The translations under genes and the position numbers were made by a program. A stretch of 64,000 nucleotides of DNA from Anthoceros angustus (taxonomy: Eukaryota > Plantae > Anthocerotophyta): NCBI GenBank assembly GCA_010909165.1, contig VJWM01000187.1:1-64000 (forward strand). The letters run 5' to 3'. The notes under the pieces are model-generated. The model was given only the letters and a program-made list of their open reading frames with translations. It was not told where the DNA came from and did no database searches. Below are positions 1 through 12,063 of the stretch, piece after piece. How positions within the stretch are numbered: the first letter of the stretch is position 1; each line of letters starts with the position of its first letter.

Positions 1-2640
1 GAGTTGTGAGGAGGATTAGAGTGTAGGAAAACTAAGGCCACTGTGTGCCTAAGGGACGAATCCCAACTGCAAGTAAGAGGGCGCCCCGTGTGGAGAAGAG
101 TGTCTTAGGAGTAGGGACGGTTGCGTGGGTCAGTCCCCTGGCGCCCGTGATGACACCTCTAAGACGAACCCGCAATTGTGGTGTCGTGTAGGTTGAGGTT
201 TGGTGAGTTTACGGGCAAGACGGGCGGCGAGTCAGAGAGGGAGCGTGAGAGGGCGCCTTGCTTGTTTAGAAGGCTCGAGGTAGTGTAGTCAGTAGTGACG
301 GATTTCAAGATTCGACTGCCCCCAAGTCTCATGGGACGAAACCCAACGACGAAACGAAAGGGATAAGTGTGGCCGCTTAGAGGGGAATCTCGGAGTGCCC
401 CGGGGTTTTCCTCCTATTGTATGGAGGTCCTTGACGGACGTGGAGATGCCTGGCTCCACTGACTTTGTGGGAGCCTCACTCAGCAGGGCCGTGGAAGAAA
501 CACGGCGGGTCCTGCCACTGGCCATGGACGGTATGCCTGGGGTCTAAGGGATGGCCGAGAAGACCTGTGGAGGTAGAAGCCACCCGAGGCGCATGGTACT
601 CCTCCAGAGCAGCTTGGAGGGAGCCCAGGAGGCGAGAAGGAAGGGGCTCTCGGCAGGATTGAGGAAGGAAACGCCGGAGGCGGAGAGGGAGGTCCGTCCA
701 TCCGCAAGGACCGGATTCCTTCACCGGAGGAACACCAAGGTACTAAGGAGGCCCAAGCGCGGGAGGACCGCAGTGTAGGGGCGAGCGCAGCAGAGCGTAG
801 GACGCCCGGGCGCAAGCGAACGGGCGCGGATCTCGCGAGGCCTGACCGAGAGCCAAGCCGGAGAGGCTGTGAAGGTGGCCAAGGAGGCGGAGGCCACGGG
901 GCGGCCGATCGCGATCACTATCTGCGGATCGAACCGTGGAGGGAGGCCGAGAGAGCCACGCCAATCAAGGCCGAGCAAGTGGTCTGGAGCAAGCACGAGC
1001 CGTGAGGAGGCATCGGAGGCCAGCACCCGGGAGATTGGGGACCCTGTGGTGCACAGGGAGGTAGAAGGGCGTGGAGCCGGAGGACAAGGACACACTTGGA
1101 GTTGCAACTCCAAGATGCATCGGAGCAGGGGGGTTCTCAACGAGAGAATCCAAGACTTGAGCGAGGTGAACGCTCCAGCCCGCTTTTGAAGACGGAGGAA
1201 TAAAGGCGCCAAGGAGTTCACGCCGCAAGGTTGCGCAGGGATGTGGCGAAGCCGGAGCTGACGGGATACCACCGAGAAGGAAGTGGAGGACCTCCGGAAA
1301 GAATAAGGGAGGAAAGACCTCGAGGAAAGGGCACAGCTGTTTCGTCCGGGTGAAGCGGGGAGAGCTCACCCATGGCTGCAAATGGCGGAGGGAACAACGG
1401 GAGGAGGAGAACGCGAAAGAGCCAAGGTTGCGCAAGAGGTAATCTGAGGCAGCCTTGACGGGCCTCAAGGGAGTCCGCCTACCACTAAGTTTGGAGCAAA
1501 GCCACAGCTGGCGTCCCCGCTGCCACGAGCACCGAGGAGGGCACGTGCCCGGCTCATGTGGAGGAGGCACCAGCAAGTCGAGACCCCATCTTTACTACCA
1601 CCAGAGCTCCTCAAGGCCTGAGGGTCCCGCGCCCAGCAGAGGAGGTGGACTCAGGGGGAGAAGGTGGAGCGAGAATGACCTGGGTGACAAACTGTGAGTC
1701 CTAGGAGCTTGCTGCTTGACGAAAGCAGCGAAGGAGAGCAGCCGAGGAACCGGAGGACGCCAGACACCGAGGTAAGTTTCTCGCACCCTCGCATGGAAGG
1801 ACGAGGGAGGATCTTGAGGGAAAGGAAAGGGTGCAACCGCATGGAACCAAGGGAGGCTCAAGAATGAACCCGTGGCTAGCCCGGCGAGGAGGCATGCCCA
1901 GAGGAGGGTCCGGACTTTGTCCCGACTCCCGAGGAAAGGGCGATCCCGAGGTCCGCCCTCGAAGGAAGTCCGACTTAGGGATCCAGACTCAGTGACGAGT
2001 CCGGACTCCGAGGTCCGGACCCTGTGGGAAGGGTTGGGTCCGTAAGACCTGACTCAGGCCGGGCCCCGGCCTCGAGGACCGGACTCGAAGAAGGCCGGCC
2101 TGGAGACCGAGGGAAGACCGGACCCAGAGGTCCTGACCGTGAGTCGAGACAGGGTCCCGAGGTCCAAACTTGGGGAGAGCCACCAAATACCAACCCCAGC
2201 AGATCCAACTTTGGAGGGCCCATCGCGCAGGCCCGCCGAGAGAGAAGAGGGAGGACGAGAAGACTTGGTGGTGATCGCCGTCACGCCGCCACGGTGGCAC
2301 TCGGCTGCACTGGAAGAGGAACCGCTGATCATCCGATTGGTGCGCTGACGTGGCTCCCGCCGGTGCCAAGAAGGAACTGGGGCTATCCCCCCCACCACCG
2401 ACGCTGGCGATAAAGTGGTGGTGGTAGTAGGCTGGTTAGGGCACACCGATGCCCTCACTGCAATAGAAGTAAAGGCGCCCGACCGCGAGTATAAGAGGGC
2501 TAAGGCCGCCCGAATAAATCATCTTCTTGGTGTTGATGCTGCCGCTGCACCTTTGTGTCTTCTTGCTAACGTGAGTCCCGAGTCACCGGGTGCACCGGTA
2601 CCCGGGAGATTGATCGTGGTCCCGTGACGGACCTAACGTG
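1..2640 (+). mobile_element. Degenerate LTR-retrotransposon-like element (copy A): frameshifted coiled-coil ORF, polypurine tract, ~800-bp LTR-like unit
   Basis: From 419 the + strand reads VWRSLTDVEMPGSTDFVGASLSRAVEETRRVL, homologous to the minus-strand ORF at 8092-8571. Purine tract GAGGGAAAGGAAAGGG (1816-1831) is followed by TGCA (1832), GC-rich GGTCCGGAC-type repeats, TATAAGAG (~2490) and AATAAA (~2512). No RT/integrase motifs seen. Confidence 0.5.
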
Positions 2641-5210
2641 TTGTGGTGTGTGCGGGAAGGGTGATCGGTGACCGTGCTCGCCGAGCCGCGCTCAAAGACC
2701 GAATCTGGATCGAACGGTGAGCCGAGGAACTCGGAGGCGCAGAGCCCGGACGAGAGGCCCGCGAACGATTTGGAGGAGGTCCCGTAACCCGCGCGACTTT
2801 TCTAAGACCGATGAGTGTAGCGTGAGAGAGGAAAGGATCGGATGTGAGTGACGAATGTGAACGATACGGACGCGAACTGGTCCCTAAACATACCGGGCTC
2901 GTTTTGAACGCTGTAGAGTAGTTAGAGTATGTGCGTTGAGATCAACGAGCCAGCGTAGGAATCACCAAACGCGTAAACGGAGCCTATCATTCCCTTGGGA
3001 ACGACTTCTTCCTACAACGATACGGATTGTGCGCGCTACCGCTGGCCATCATGAAAGTCGCGCTTACAACGCCCAATCACATTTCCGTAGTGGGAATCTT
3101 CGAGCCATTGCCTCACATTAGTGAGAAAGGTATTTATCGAAAGCAAGATCTTCTTCGACTTGAAATGGAGGTAAAATATTAATCGCTTTTTTTTGTTTGT
3201 AGTTATCAAGAATCAAAAGGAGTTGTTTGTAATTATTTGAGGTACATATTTATTAGTAGAAATTTAATATGGATATCCGACATTTACCATTGCCGCAAAT
3301 ATTCCTGCTTGACCAAATTTTCAAAATGATTAACTTTCTATCCTCGGACCGCATAATGAACAAAGAAAGAAGTATTATTCTCAAGACAGAGCAGATCCGA
3401 ATCGCCGGTAATAATTCCCTTCAACGCCAGGTAAGAAAGTTAGAAAAGATAAATTTAAAACGTGAAAAGGCAAACGAAACAAAGCGTGGAAGCGAAAAAC
3501 TGGCGCGAAAGTGAAAACTGGAAAGAGAGAGAAAGACTTTTAACGGGGTTGCACAAGGCATGGGAACCAAGGGAGGCATGAACCCGTGGCTAGCCCGGCG
3601 AGGAGGCATGCCCAGAGTTCGAGTCCTGACTTTGTCCCACAAAGGGGATCCCGAGGTCCGCCCTCAAGGAAGTCCGGACTTAGGATCCAGACTCAGTGAC
3701 GAGTCCGGACCCCGAGGTCCGGACCCCTGTGGGAAGGTTGGGTCCAAGACCGGACCCCGAGGCCGTCCGGCCCCGAGGACCGGACTGAAGAAGGCCGGAG
3801 ACCGGACCTGAGGGAAGACTGACCTAGAGGTCCTGACCGAGAGACAGGTCCCGAGGTCCAAACTGAGTGGGGAGAGCCATCACACCAACCCCAGCAGATC
3901 CAACTGAGGGCCCACGCAGGGCCCCAGAGAGAGAAGAGGGAGGACGAGGAAGACTTGGTGGTGATCATTGTCGCCGCCACGGTGGCGCAAATGGCACCGG
4001 AAGAGGAAGGCCCGCGATCATCCGATTGGTGCGCCGCACTGGCTGTGGCTTTGGGCCGTGCCAAGAAGGAATGGGGCTATCCCCCCCACCACCGACGCGG
4101 CGATAGGTGGAATAGGTGGTAGTAGGCGGCTGGTTAGGCACACCGAAATGGCCCCTCACCGTAATAGAGGTGTAATAGGCGCCACCGCGTAGTATAAGAG
4201 GGCTAAGGCCGCCCAATAAATCATCTTCTTGGTGTTGATGCCGCTCTGCGCACCTTTGTGTGTCTTCTTGCTAACGTGAGTCCGAGTCACCGAAAGGCGC
4301 TCCCGGGAGATTGACTGTGGTCCCGTGACTAACCCAACGTTGTGTGTGGATCGGTGACCGCTCGCCCTCGAGCGCCCAAGACCGAATCTGGATCGAACGT
4401 GAGCCGAGGAACTCCGGAGGCGGCAGAGCCCGGACGGAGAGGCCCGCGAACGACGGAGGAGGTCCGGACCGTAACCCGCGCTTTTCTAAGACCGAGCGTG
4501 AGGGGAGAGGAAAGGATCGATGTGAGTGACGAATGTGAACGATACGACGCGAACTGTCCCTAAACGCTTGGCCATACCGGCCTCAGACGGTGAACGCCAG
4601 AGTAGTTAGAGTATGTGCGACGACCTAGAGCTAAGTGTAGGAATCACCAAACGCGTAAACTGAGCCTATCATTCCCTTGGGAACTGACTTCTTCCCACAA
4701 CGATACGGGATTGCGCGTACCGGCCATCAAAGTCGCGCTTACAACGCCCAATCACATTTAGAAATTACAAATGCCATTGCCTCACATTAGTGAGAAAGGT
4801 ATTTACGAAAGGCAAGATCTTCTTCGACTTGAAATGGAGGTAAAATATTAAGCTTTTTGTTTGTAGTTATCAAGAATCAAAAGGAGTTGTTTGCACTATT
4901 TGAGGTTAGTATATCATATTCTTACAAGGTGAAATTTAATATGTCGATATAGCGACATTTACCATTGGAAATATTCCCGTTTGACGAAATTTTCAAAATG
5001 ATTAACTTTCTATCTCGGACGTATAATGAACAAAGAAAGAAGTATTATTTACGAAGACTGAGCGTATCCGAATCGCCGGTGTACATAGCGCTCAACGCTG
5101 GTAAGTTAGAAAAGATAAATCCCAAAAGCGTGAAAAGGCAAACGTAAGCGGTGAAAGTGAAACTACGAAGTCTTGAGAAAGCAGAAGAGAGAAAAGACTT
5201 TTAAGCGTGG
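1832..5210 (+). repeat. ~1.7-kb direct tandem duplication (1832-3549 / 3550-5210) with frequent small indels
   Basis: Collinear matches throughout, e.g. ATGAACCCGTGGCTAGCCCGGCGAGGAGGCATGCCCAGAG at ~1864 and ~3578, and GATCTTCTTCGACTTGAAATGGAGGTAAAATATTAA at ~3147 and ~4816. Confidence 0.9.
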
Positions 5211-6199
5211 TTGCGGCAACAATTCTAAAGATCGCTGGGACCTCACTCTGCCTCGGCAAGTCGAGTAGTTGCGTCTAAATGACGGCAGCTCCTTCGCCTC
5301 GAGGCGAGCGGCTGTGGGCGCCCGGCCCTGAACGAACGGTCTCAAGCCGGCCTCGGCAGATTCTCGGCGTGACGCTTCCGGCGTCCGTTCTAATACATGA
5401 CTTCCGTAGGGGTGCACTTGACATGCGGCAATTTCACTATCGCCCCACGTGGCGGCCATCCATTGTCCCAGTTGGCATATAAGGAGGCCCGACCTCAAGG
5501 CACCTCAATGGTTTTACGGTTTGCCTTGTGGCGATTCCTCAGGCGGTTTGCGATCAAAGCTATTTCTCTGGTTGTGGGCATTTGTTTGGTTTGCCCAAAG
5601 TTTGTCTTGTTTGCTTTCTTGGCCTTTTGATTTCTTTCTGTTCGCAACTCTGGGTGATAACACTTGTCAACACTTGGTTTGTAGGCTTCCGGTGAGAATG
5701 CGGTTGTGAAGAGCGGAAGCGGCCAAGCTATGGAACGGACATGGTATTCCGATTTTCGAGGGGCGACCCGGAAGAATCAATCTAATTGACAGCCCGACTC
5801 CTTTCTCACAAGTACTTGTGGCGCGTCACGGCTGGTGTATAAGCACCTTGACAAGCTAGGCGTGCATAAGGAGGTGCAGAGGTTTGCCCAGTGGACGGAT
5901 GTTCGGAAGGGGAGGCGGTGGATGGAAGCAGGATTTCCGATTACCACCTTCTTGTGGCGAGTGGAAAGGGCATGGGCATTGAGGAGAATGGAATTGAGCG
6001 TGTAATTGGAGAGGTGAGGCGGGCGTCGCAGGGGACCCTCACGCATCCGCATCAGTAGAGTTGGGATTAAAGAACCATGTAATGCCACATTGGTTATGGG
6101 CATTAGAAATGGTTTTGATGACCAATGCAAGCGAGGAGCAGTGTAATGTCTCTAATAAAGTCATCATCTCTCATTCCAATAAATCGTGCCAATACCCTT

Positions 6200-6652
6200 G
6201 ACCCTCGTTGTAAACTCATCCTCCTTAATGCTTAAACATTGTTATGGTTTGTATGCACATGTTGTGCGCCCCATTGTAAAACCTAACGTCCCATTGTAAA
6301 CCATGCCGTTGTAACGGACTATGATCCGTTGTAAACCCTAATCGTTGTAAACCACACTTGGCGGTTTTACAATGAGTAATATGAACATCTAATTTTGAAA
6401 AGTCCTAGCTAAAATCGGTTTGTGTTGTAACCCGGAAGAGCCCTCGTTGTAAAGCGCTTTCGTTATACCGTCATAAGGAAAACCGTGGCTAAAATCCCCA
6501 TAGTAAAATCACGAACTTATGTAGTAAAGCGAATGGCTATATGTGAAAATAATATTTGAACCACGAACACCCGTTGTAAAATGAAACTAGCCTGAAATCT
6601 CTCCTCGCTCTAAAAAATAGCCTCTAGTAAGAGACCCGTTTTCCTAGTAGTG
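6200..6652 (-). mobile_element. CACTA (En/Spm) transposon terminus with subterminal repeats
   Basis: + strand ends ...TTTTCCTAGTAGTG at 6652 (reverse complement CACTACTAGGAAAA). It is preceded by ~8 copies of (C)GTTGTAA(A)/CATTGTAAA between 6205 and 6580, and the base composition switches abruptly at 6653. Confidence 0.6.
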
Positions 6653-8715
6653 CTACCCCCAGGTCCGTCCGAGGTCCGTTCGTCTTGAACTGGTCGGGCC
6701 TGACCCCCGACCAAGTCCGCCCCTCACATTGGGGGTCGGACTTCTGGGTCCATTCCTCCCCCAGGAGTCCGGCCCTCCAAGTCCGATCTTTCCCCAGGGG
6801 CCCGGACCCCCAAGTCCGGACTCCCCTCCGATATCCAGACTCCCAAGTCCGGATCTGCCTTCGGCATCCGAACTTCCAAGTCCAGACCCGCTTCCTGGGG
6901 TCCAACGTTCCCCTGCACTAGCCCTTCTCCCCTTCCCGACCTTCCCTCCTTTGGAGCACCTTCCCTTACACCCCCCGTACTAGGCGTTAAGTGCGCCTCT
7001 TGCTCCGCCGTCTTTCCCCGGCCGCCTTCCGTCTGTCGGGCCCTCTTCGCTGCTACTCTCATTCCCAAACATGGCGCCCAAGTTCCTCGCAGCCGCATTT
7101 TCCCCTAGACCTTCTGCCCTTCAAGTCCCCTCCGACTTCTCTAGTGGCCCCGTAGCCTCGGTCACAGTGGTGCACCCGCCGGGAGCTCCAGCGTGGTAAA
7201 TGCTGTGAAGTCGATCGACGATGATGGCCTCCTCCCATGGGCCGAGACCCAGGCCCGTATTCCGCCTCTGAGGTTCTCGTGTCAGGTGCTCGCCGCCCGT
7301 TGGGGCGTTGTCCCGTGCCCCTCTAGTCGGGCCCTTGCACATCCTTGGGCCGTTAAAGAAGCTTGACTCTTGAAGCCGCCGCCTTCTCGTTAGCCCTCAT
7401 TTCTGTTCCTCCTTGGTAAATGACCGCCCGAGGCTCAAACTCAGTTCTCCTTCGCCCTTGGCAGACGGACTAGCGACCACGCTCTTGATTCCGCCATTCT
7501 GCCTTTGGTGAGTCACCCTCTGGCTCAAGACTTTCATCTCCCTCTCCAGTTGGCCCGAGAGTTCAATTAAGCGGTTGGCATCGGCCAGCTCCTTTTGAAG
7601 CTCCGTGATGTCTAATTCCTTGCTTCCCCGAAAACTCTCCTCCACCCTAAGGCAGAGTTGAACTCTCTCTACCTCCCGCTCGTGGTCCCCGATCCGACTC
7701 TGGAGAATCCCATTTCTTTCCTCCTCCACCCGGAGCCGTAGCTCCAAGGTCTCCTTCTGGCCCTCCACCTCCTTACGCGCCTCACCCACCTCATGGAGCT
7801 GCATCCGGAGGTTTCCCAACTCCCTCAGCCGCTCTTCCATTTCTACCCCATGGTCAAGTGGTTTGATCCAGTCACGCTCCTCCTTCAAGCGAGCCGTGGC
7901 CGCCTCCCGCCTCCCTCCGCCGTATAATGGTCCTCCGTTTTGCTGCTATCTCACTTCCTTGGCTTCACAGCGAGCCCGGCTCTCCCTTCGCGGCTTTACC
8001 AAGTCGCCTCGCCGACGCGACCTCACACCGCCTCTCCTCCTTTCGTGGCCTTCCGCCGCGTTTAAGCCTCCGAGCGTGTTTCAACTCACATCTAAAGCAC
8101 CTGCCATGTCCTGCTAGCACTGGGCCCTTCCGCCGCCTTGCCGCTTCCTCTTCGATCCGAGCGATTCCGCCTCTTGGTCGCTTGGGCCCGTTCGCCTGAG
8201 TTCCACCATCCGCCTCCTACCGGCTTCACTTCGAGTCCTCTCCTGGTACCGCAGAGCCCCCACAACATGTCGTCCACGACGGCCGCCAAGACCCATCGTG
8301 TCTCCTCCACGGACACCACCGGCGATGCTCCCATAAACCCCGCCGGGGGCGCTGGCATCTCCCAGTCCGTCAAGGACCGCCAAACCGTACGACGGAGCAA
8401 GTCCGAGTTGGGTGCTCCGGACCCAATCAGGACCCTTAGGTACTGTCCGTCCGAAGTAGGTTCGTCCACCTCCTTGGCCCGTTTCGCGGCCAATTCCTTC
8501 TCCGTTCTTCGACGCTTGGGGTCCGGTGGGGGTGAAGGGGTCCGGGAGCTAGCTCTCTTACCTCTCCTCATAGGGAAGAGGACTGACTCTAGATGAGGCT
8601 GCTGCTAGTGACCTCTGGCGCCTTGGGCAGCGTCCCTCTCCACCCTCCTCAGGCCGCCTTCGCAAACAAACAGAAAGGTCATTCCCTTGGGACCGGATCC
8701 CATACCACAATGACA
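6653..8715 (-). mobile_element. LTR-retrotransposon-like element (copy B), pol-less: PBS-like site, coiled-coil ORF, PPT, truncated 3' LTR
   Basis: Minus strand: TGTCA (8715-8711), TTG, TGGTATGGGATCCGG (8707-8693, PBS-like); ORFs 8092-8571 and 7397-7888; PPT GGGAAGGGGAGAAGGG (6937-6922); TGCA (6917-6914); then GC-rich repeats cut off at the CACTA end. Confidence 0.55.
7397..8571 (-). pseudogene. Frameshifted element-encoded ORF (basic N-terminus, unknown domain, coiled coil), gag-position ORF
   Basis: ORFs 8092-8571 (159 aa) and 7397-7888 (163 aa, heptad-rich EERLRELGNL...ELQKELADAN); a diverged paralog is present on the + strand at ~419-1300. Confidence 0.5.
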
Positions 8716-9062
8716 CGGGATCTGTATACGCCCGGTTAGCTGTCAACGAAAGTAGTTCCATACTATGTCAGCAATTTTACAACGTCATGAAGCTCTCGGT
8801 TTACAATGGCATTGTTCCTGCTTTACAACGCCACGCTGTAACACCTGCCAGAAAACCCTTATTTTCTCAGAGTGTGTTGTCTCGTATAAGTACACACATG
8901 CCTTAGTGGATAAAGCATACAGCTTAAATCAAATCGTGATCTGACAAGTAATAAGGGGTTAGGATCTAAACAAAAAAAAACTAGTGCAGATTCTCTTTAC
9001 TTACTTTTGAAGCTACCTTCTGCATATTTACCTTCTGAAGATGCTTCGTGTACTATCCATTC

Positions 9063-9467
9063 CATTACAACATTTAAGTTTGAGACGTCTCGGTACAGGT
9101 ACAATGCACTTCACAACAACCTGTTTTACAAAACCATCTACAATATCCCAATTACAAAAGGAATTACAACATCTAAGTTTGAGACGTCTCGGTGCGGGTA
9201 CAACGCACTTTACAATGACCTGTTTTACAAAACCATCTACAATATCCCAATTACAAAAGGAATTACAACATCTAAGTTTGAGACGCCTCTGCAGTGTACA
9301 ACGACTTTACAATGAGACTCGTTTACAAAACCATCTACAATATCCCAATTACAAAAGGAATTACAACATCTAAGTTTGAGACGTCTTTATGGGTACAACG
9401 ACTTTACAATGACCTGTTTTACAAAACCATCTACAATATCCCACCATAAAAAGGAATTACAACATCT
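9063..9467. repeat. Tandem repeat, ~98-bp unit, ~4 copies
   Basis: AAACCATCTACAATATCCCA recurs at 9131, 9230, 9328 and 9424 (periods 99/98/96). Confidence 0.95.
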
Positions 9468-9547
9468 CGAGCAAATCCGAAGCCGAAAGTGCGTGTAATG
9501 AGTTGCATGCCCGTTGTCAAGCCTAAAGTACTTGCGGCCGAGCTAGA

Positions 9548-10110
9548 ATGGAATTGGTATTAGAGAAGCATTGTTCCCGGGCCAAGTTGTGCGCTGATTT
9601 GAAGCGGCACTGTTGTGATAAAAAATGTTTAGAACGGCCTGGCCATTCCAAATTGAAGCTGATTCGTGTGGCCTTTTTTTGCATGACAAAAAGAGAGCAG
9701 GAACAGCATTGGCAAGACCATCTAGATCCGATCGAAGACGAAGAGGAGCTTTTGCCCATAGTATGGATATATCGAATTCATGGAAACTGTATCGTATTTC
9801 CCTTTTCAGATCAGTCACTTAGATACAAGAATGCTTATACGAGGGTAGTGAAAAATGTTAGATGGACTGTAGGCTACGGTCTCGCAAAGCAGCCAACGCC
9901 ATGTGGATTACAGGCTGTCATGTGGATGGATGTTTTCTTCAAAGGCTGTGTGGAAAGGCTGCCGAATCGGGAAGTCTTCAACTTGCCAAACTCGTACACC
10001 AAAGAGATCTTTATTGAGTATGAGCACTAGGCAGCAGAACAAATCACTTTGCTCACACGTTTGTTACAGCTACTTTTGCAAGCTTTGGATGAAGTATTTT
10101 CGGGTTGTTA
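9548..10110 (+). pseudogene. Possible Sola-type DNA transposase N-terminal relic
   Basis: CCDKKC...IRVAFFCMTKREQEQHW, FNLPNSYTKEIFIEY and (next frame) VCYSYFCKLWMKYFRVVTLP resemble the pre-catalytic region of Sola-like transposases as I recall them. Broken frame; no catalytic triad seen. Confidence 0.35.
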
Positions 10111-12063
10111 CTCTTCCTGCAGGCGGGCGGAGGGGAAAGAAGGCCAGGCAGCATTGGCGGCTGAGAGTTGGGCGGAAGCAATGCCAACATCAAACGCACG
10201 TGCAAGCCAACACTAGCCTCCATAGCTCCAACTCTCTCTGGGCAAGTAGTGCCTCTCGTGTAAGCATCAAACCAAATGGGGAGCGCAACCGCAAATGCAA
10301 ATGCACGACACTCAATGTATGGTGTGTGGAGATGACACAAACCCTACATCCTCCGGCCATGGTAGGACGACCCACCCCGCATGAAGCCACTCCAAGACTT
10401 GGCTATAGAGCTCATCGAAGAGAACTCCACGGATAGAGGCAAATTCTGCCATCTCTCAGCCCTCGATTTCAACGAAAAGGATGTCTTCAAGAGGGTCTCT
10501 GAGAGGCAGATGAGTGAAGTCCTCAGCACAACCCACAATTTACGTACAACCCAACAACCCAAAAACTTTGATCCCGCAAGCTAGTAGCTTGTGTGTAGAC
10601 GTGCGACTTGGGCAGGGACAACACGAGGAGCTTTGACCGCCTGAGCTTAGCGAGCTCCTGAAACAACAACGAAGCATGGCACCTGGAGCCCAGAGAGTAG
10701 CGGAGCACGTCGAACCCATGTGCCTAGGACGGCTTGTTGGCCTGCCCCTTAGGAATGATGTGCTCTACTGCCACCAGGCTCTCGCAAAATGTCTTCTGAG
10801 GCTTCATATGGAAGATGGCTATCCTTTTCACACTAAAAAAGATGATCATCCTTTACGTTAGGATTGTCCCTTAGCACACATTCACCGAATCTCCTTTTCA
10901 CTAGAAGTTTGTTCGAGATCGGTGCTCTGCGGATGCACTCCAAAGCCAAAATCAATACCTTCAAACTAAGACTTATTAACAACTTTCAAGTAAATCTTAC
11001 TAACTCCACCAAAAAATAAAAAAACTCACAAAATCCATCCTTTTCATATTGGAAGTGACATGTCACTTTGATAAATGACCATAGTAGCTATAGGAAAGTT
11101 TGAAAGCATTCCTATCCTCCCATGGCGAGTTTCTCTCGTTCCTACTACCTATACCGAAAGTTTTGATTTTCAAAGTGAGAGGGCCGTTGCATTTCATTTC
11201 CACCCGCTTGAAAGAGAAATAAGATAGAGATGCTTGATCCCTACCTAATAGACATACTATGTAGGTCTTTGTTTGACCTGGTGCCGCGTATGTTATGTAG
11301 GTACATATGCGGTTTCTCCGCGCGGTGCAGAGGCCGCCGTGTCTTCCATCCCTCCTCGGCCCATGCGTGGTCCTGGCCTGCCCAGTCCAGCTCCGTCCAG
11401 TTCCGTTCTCACGCCGCCCCGTTTCGTTCCTCGTCGCGTGGCGACTCTCCAGTCTCGCCTCGTCTCGACTCCTCGTCTCGTGTTGCCCCGTCCCTCCCGG
11501 TCGCGTCGCACCCTCTCGATGTGCGGGCGGGAAGCAGGCGAAGCCACCCAGAGCTCGGTCCTCGCGTCGGGGAATGAGCACAGCTCTCGGCCGGGCGAAC
11601 TGCAAAAGCAGGAGGAGCAGCAGCAGCTCGGAGGCGAGGCCAGCCGCGGTGGCAGGCGGATTCCAGGCCTCCGATCCCTGCCCCAAGGGGGGATCTCCGG
11701 CCTCGCCTAGGGTTGTAGGCAGCGCGCCCCGATCGCCCGTGGCAGGGATCCGGGATCCGGGATCCTCCGGCCTCCGCACCTGATCTGGGTGCGGTCAGCG
11801 GAACAGCAATGCGTGGCCGCCGGGCGGGGAGGAGGAATTGCCCGGACTGTCAAAGGATTGTTGCGGCAGCTGGCGACTCTGGGCACCGCTGAGAAGTGCG
11901 GGGTTTGGTGCCATGTGGGGTGGGGGATGTTGCTGCAGTGCTGGGGAGATCTGGGGTGGCGGGAGGGGGAGGAATGGGGCCAGTCGGTTGAGGGTGTAGA
12001 GGTTTCGGGTGTGGGGTTTTGGTGCGGGATCCGGGATTGGTAGAGCGCCGGAGCGGGGGGAGG

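Noticed and set aside
7067-7081. ACA-TGGCGCCCAA resembling a tRNA-Lys PBS on the + strand
   Set aside because: Only 10 nt match, and orientation conflicts with the PBS-ORF-PPT order seen on the minus strand.
9063-9467. CRISPR-like regular repeats
   Set aside because: Whole ~98-bp units are repeated with no unique spacers; no cas genes; eukaryotic context.
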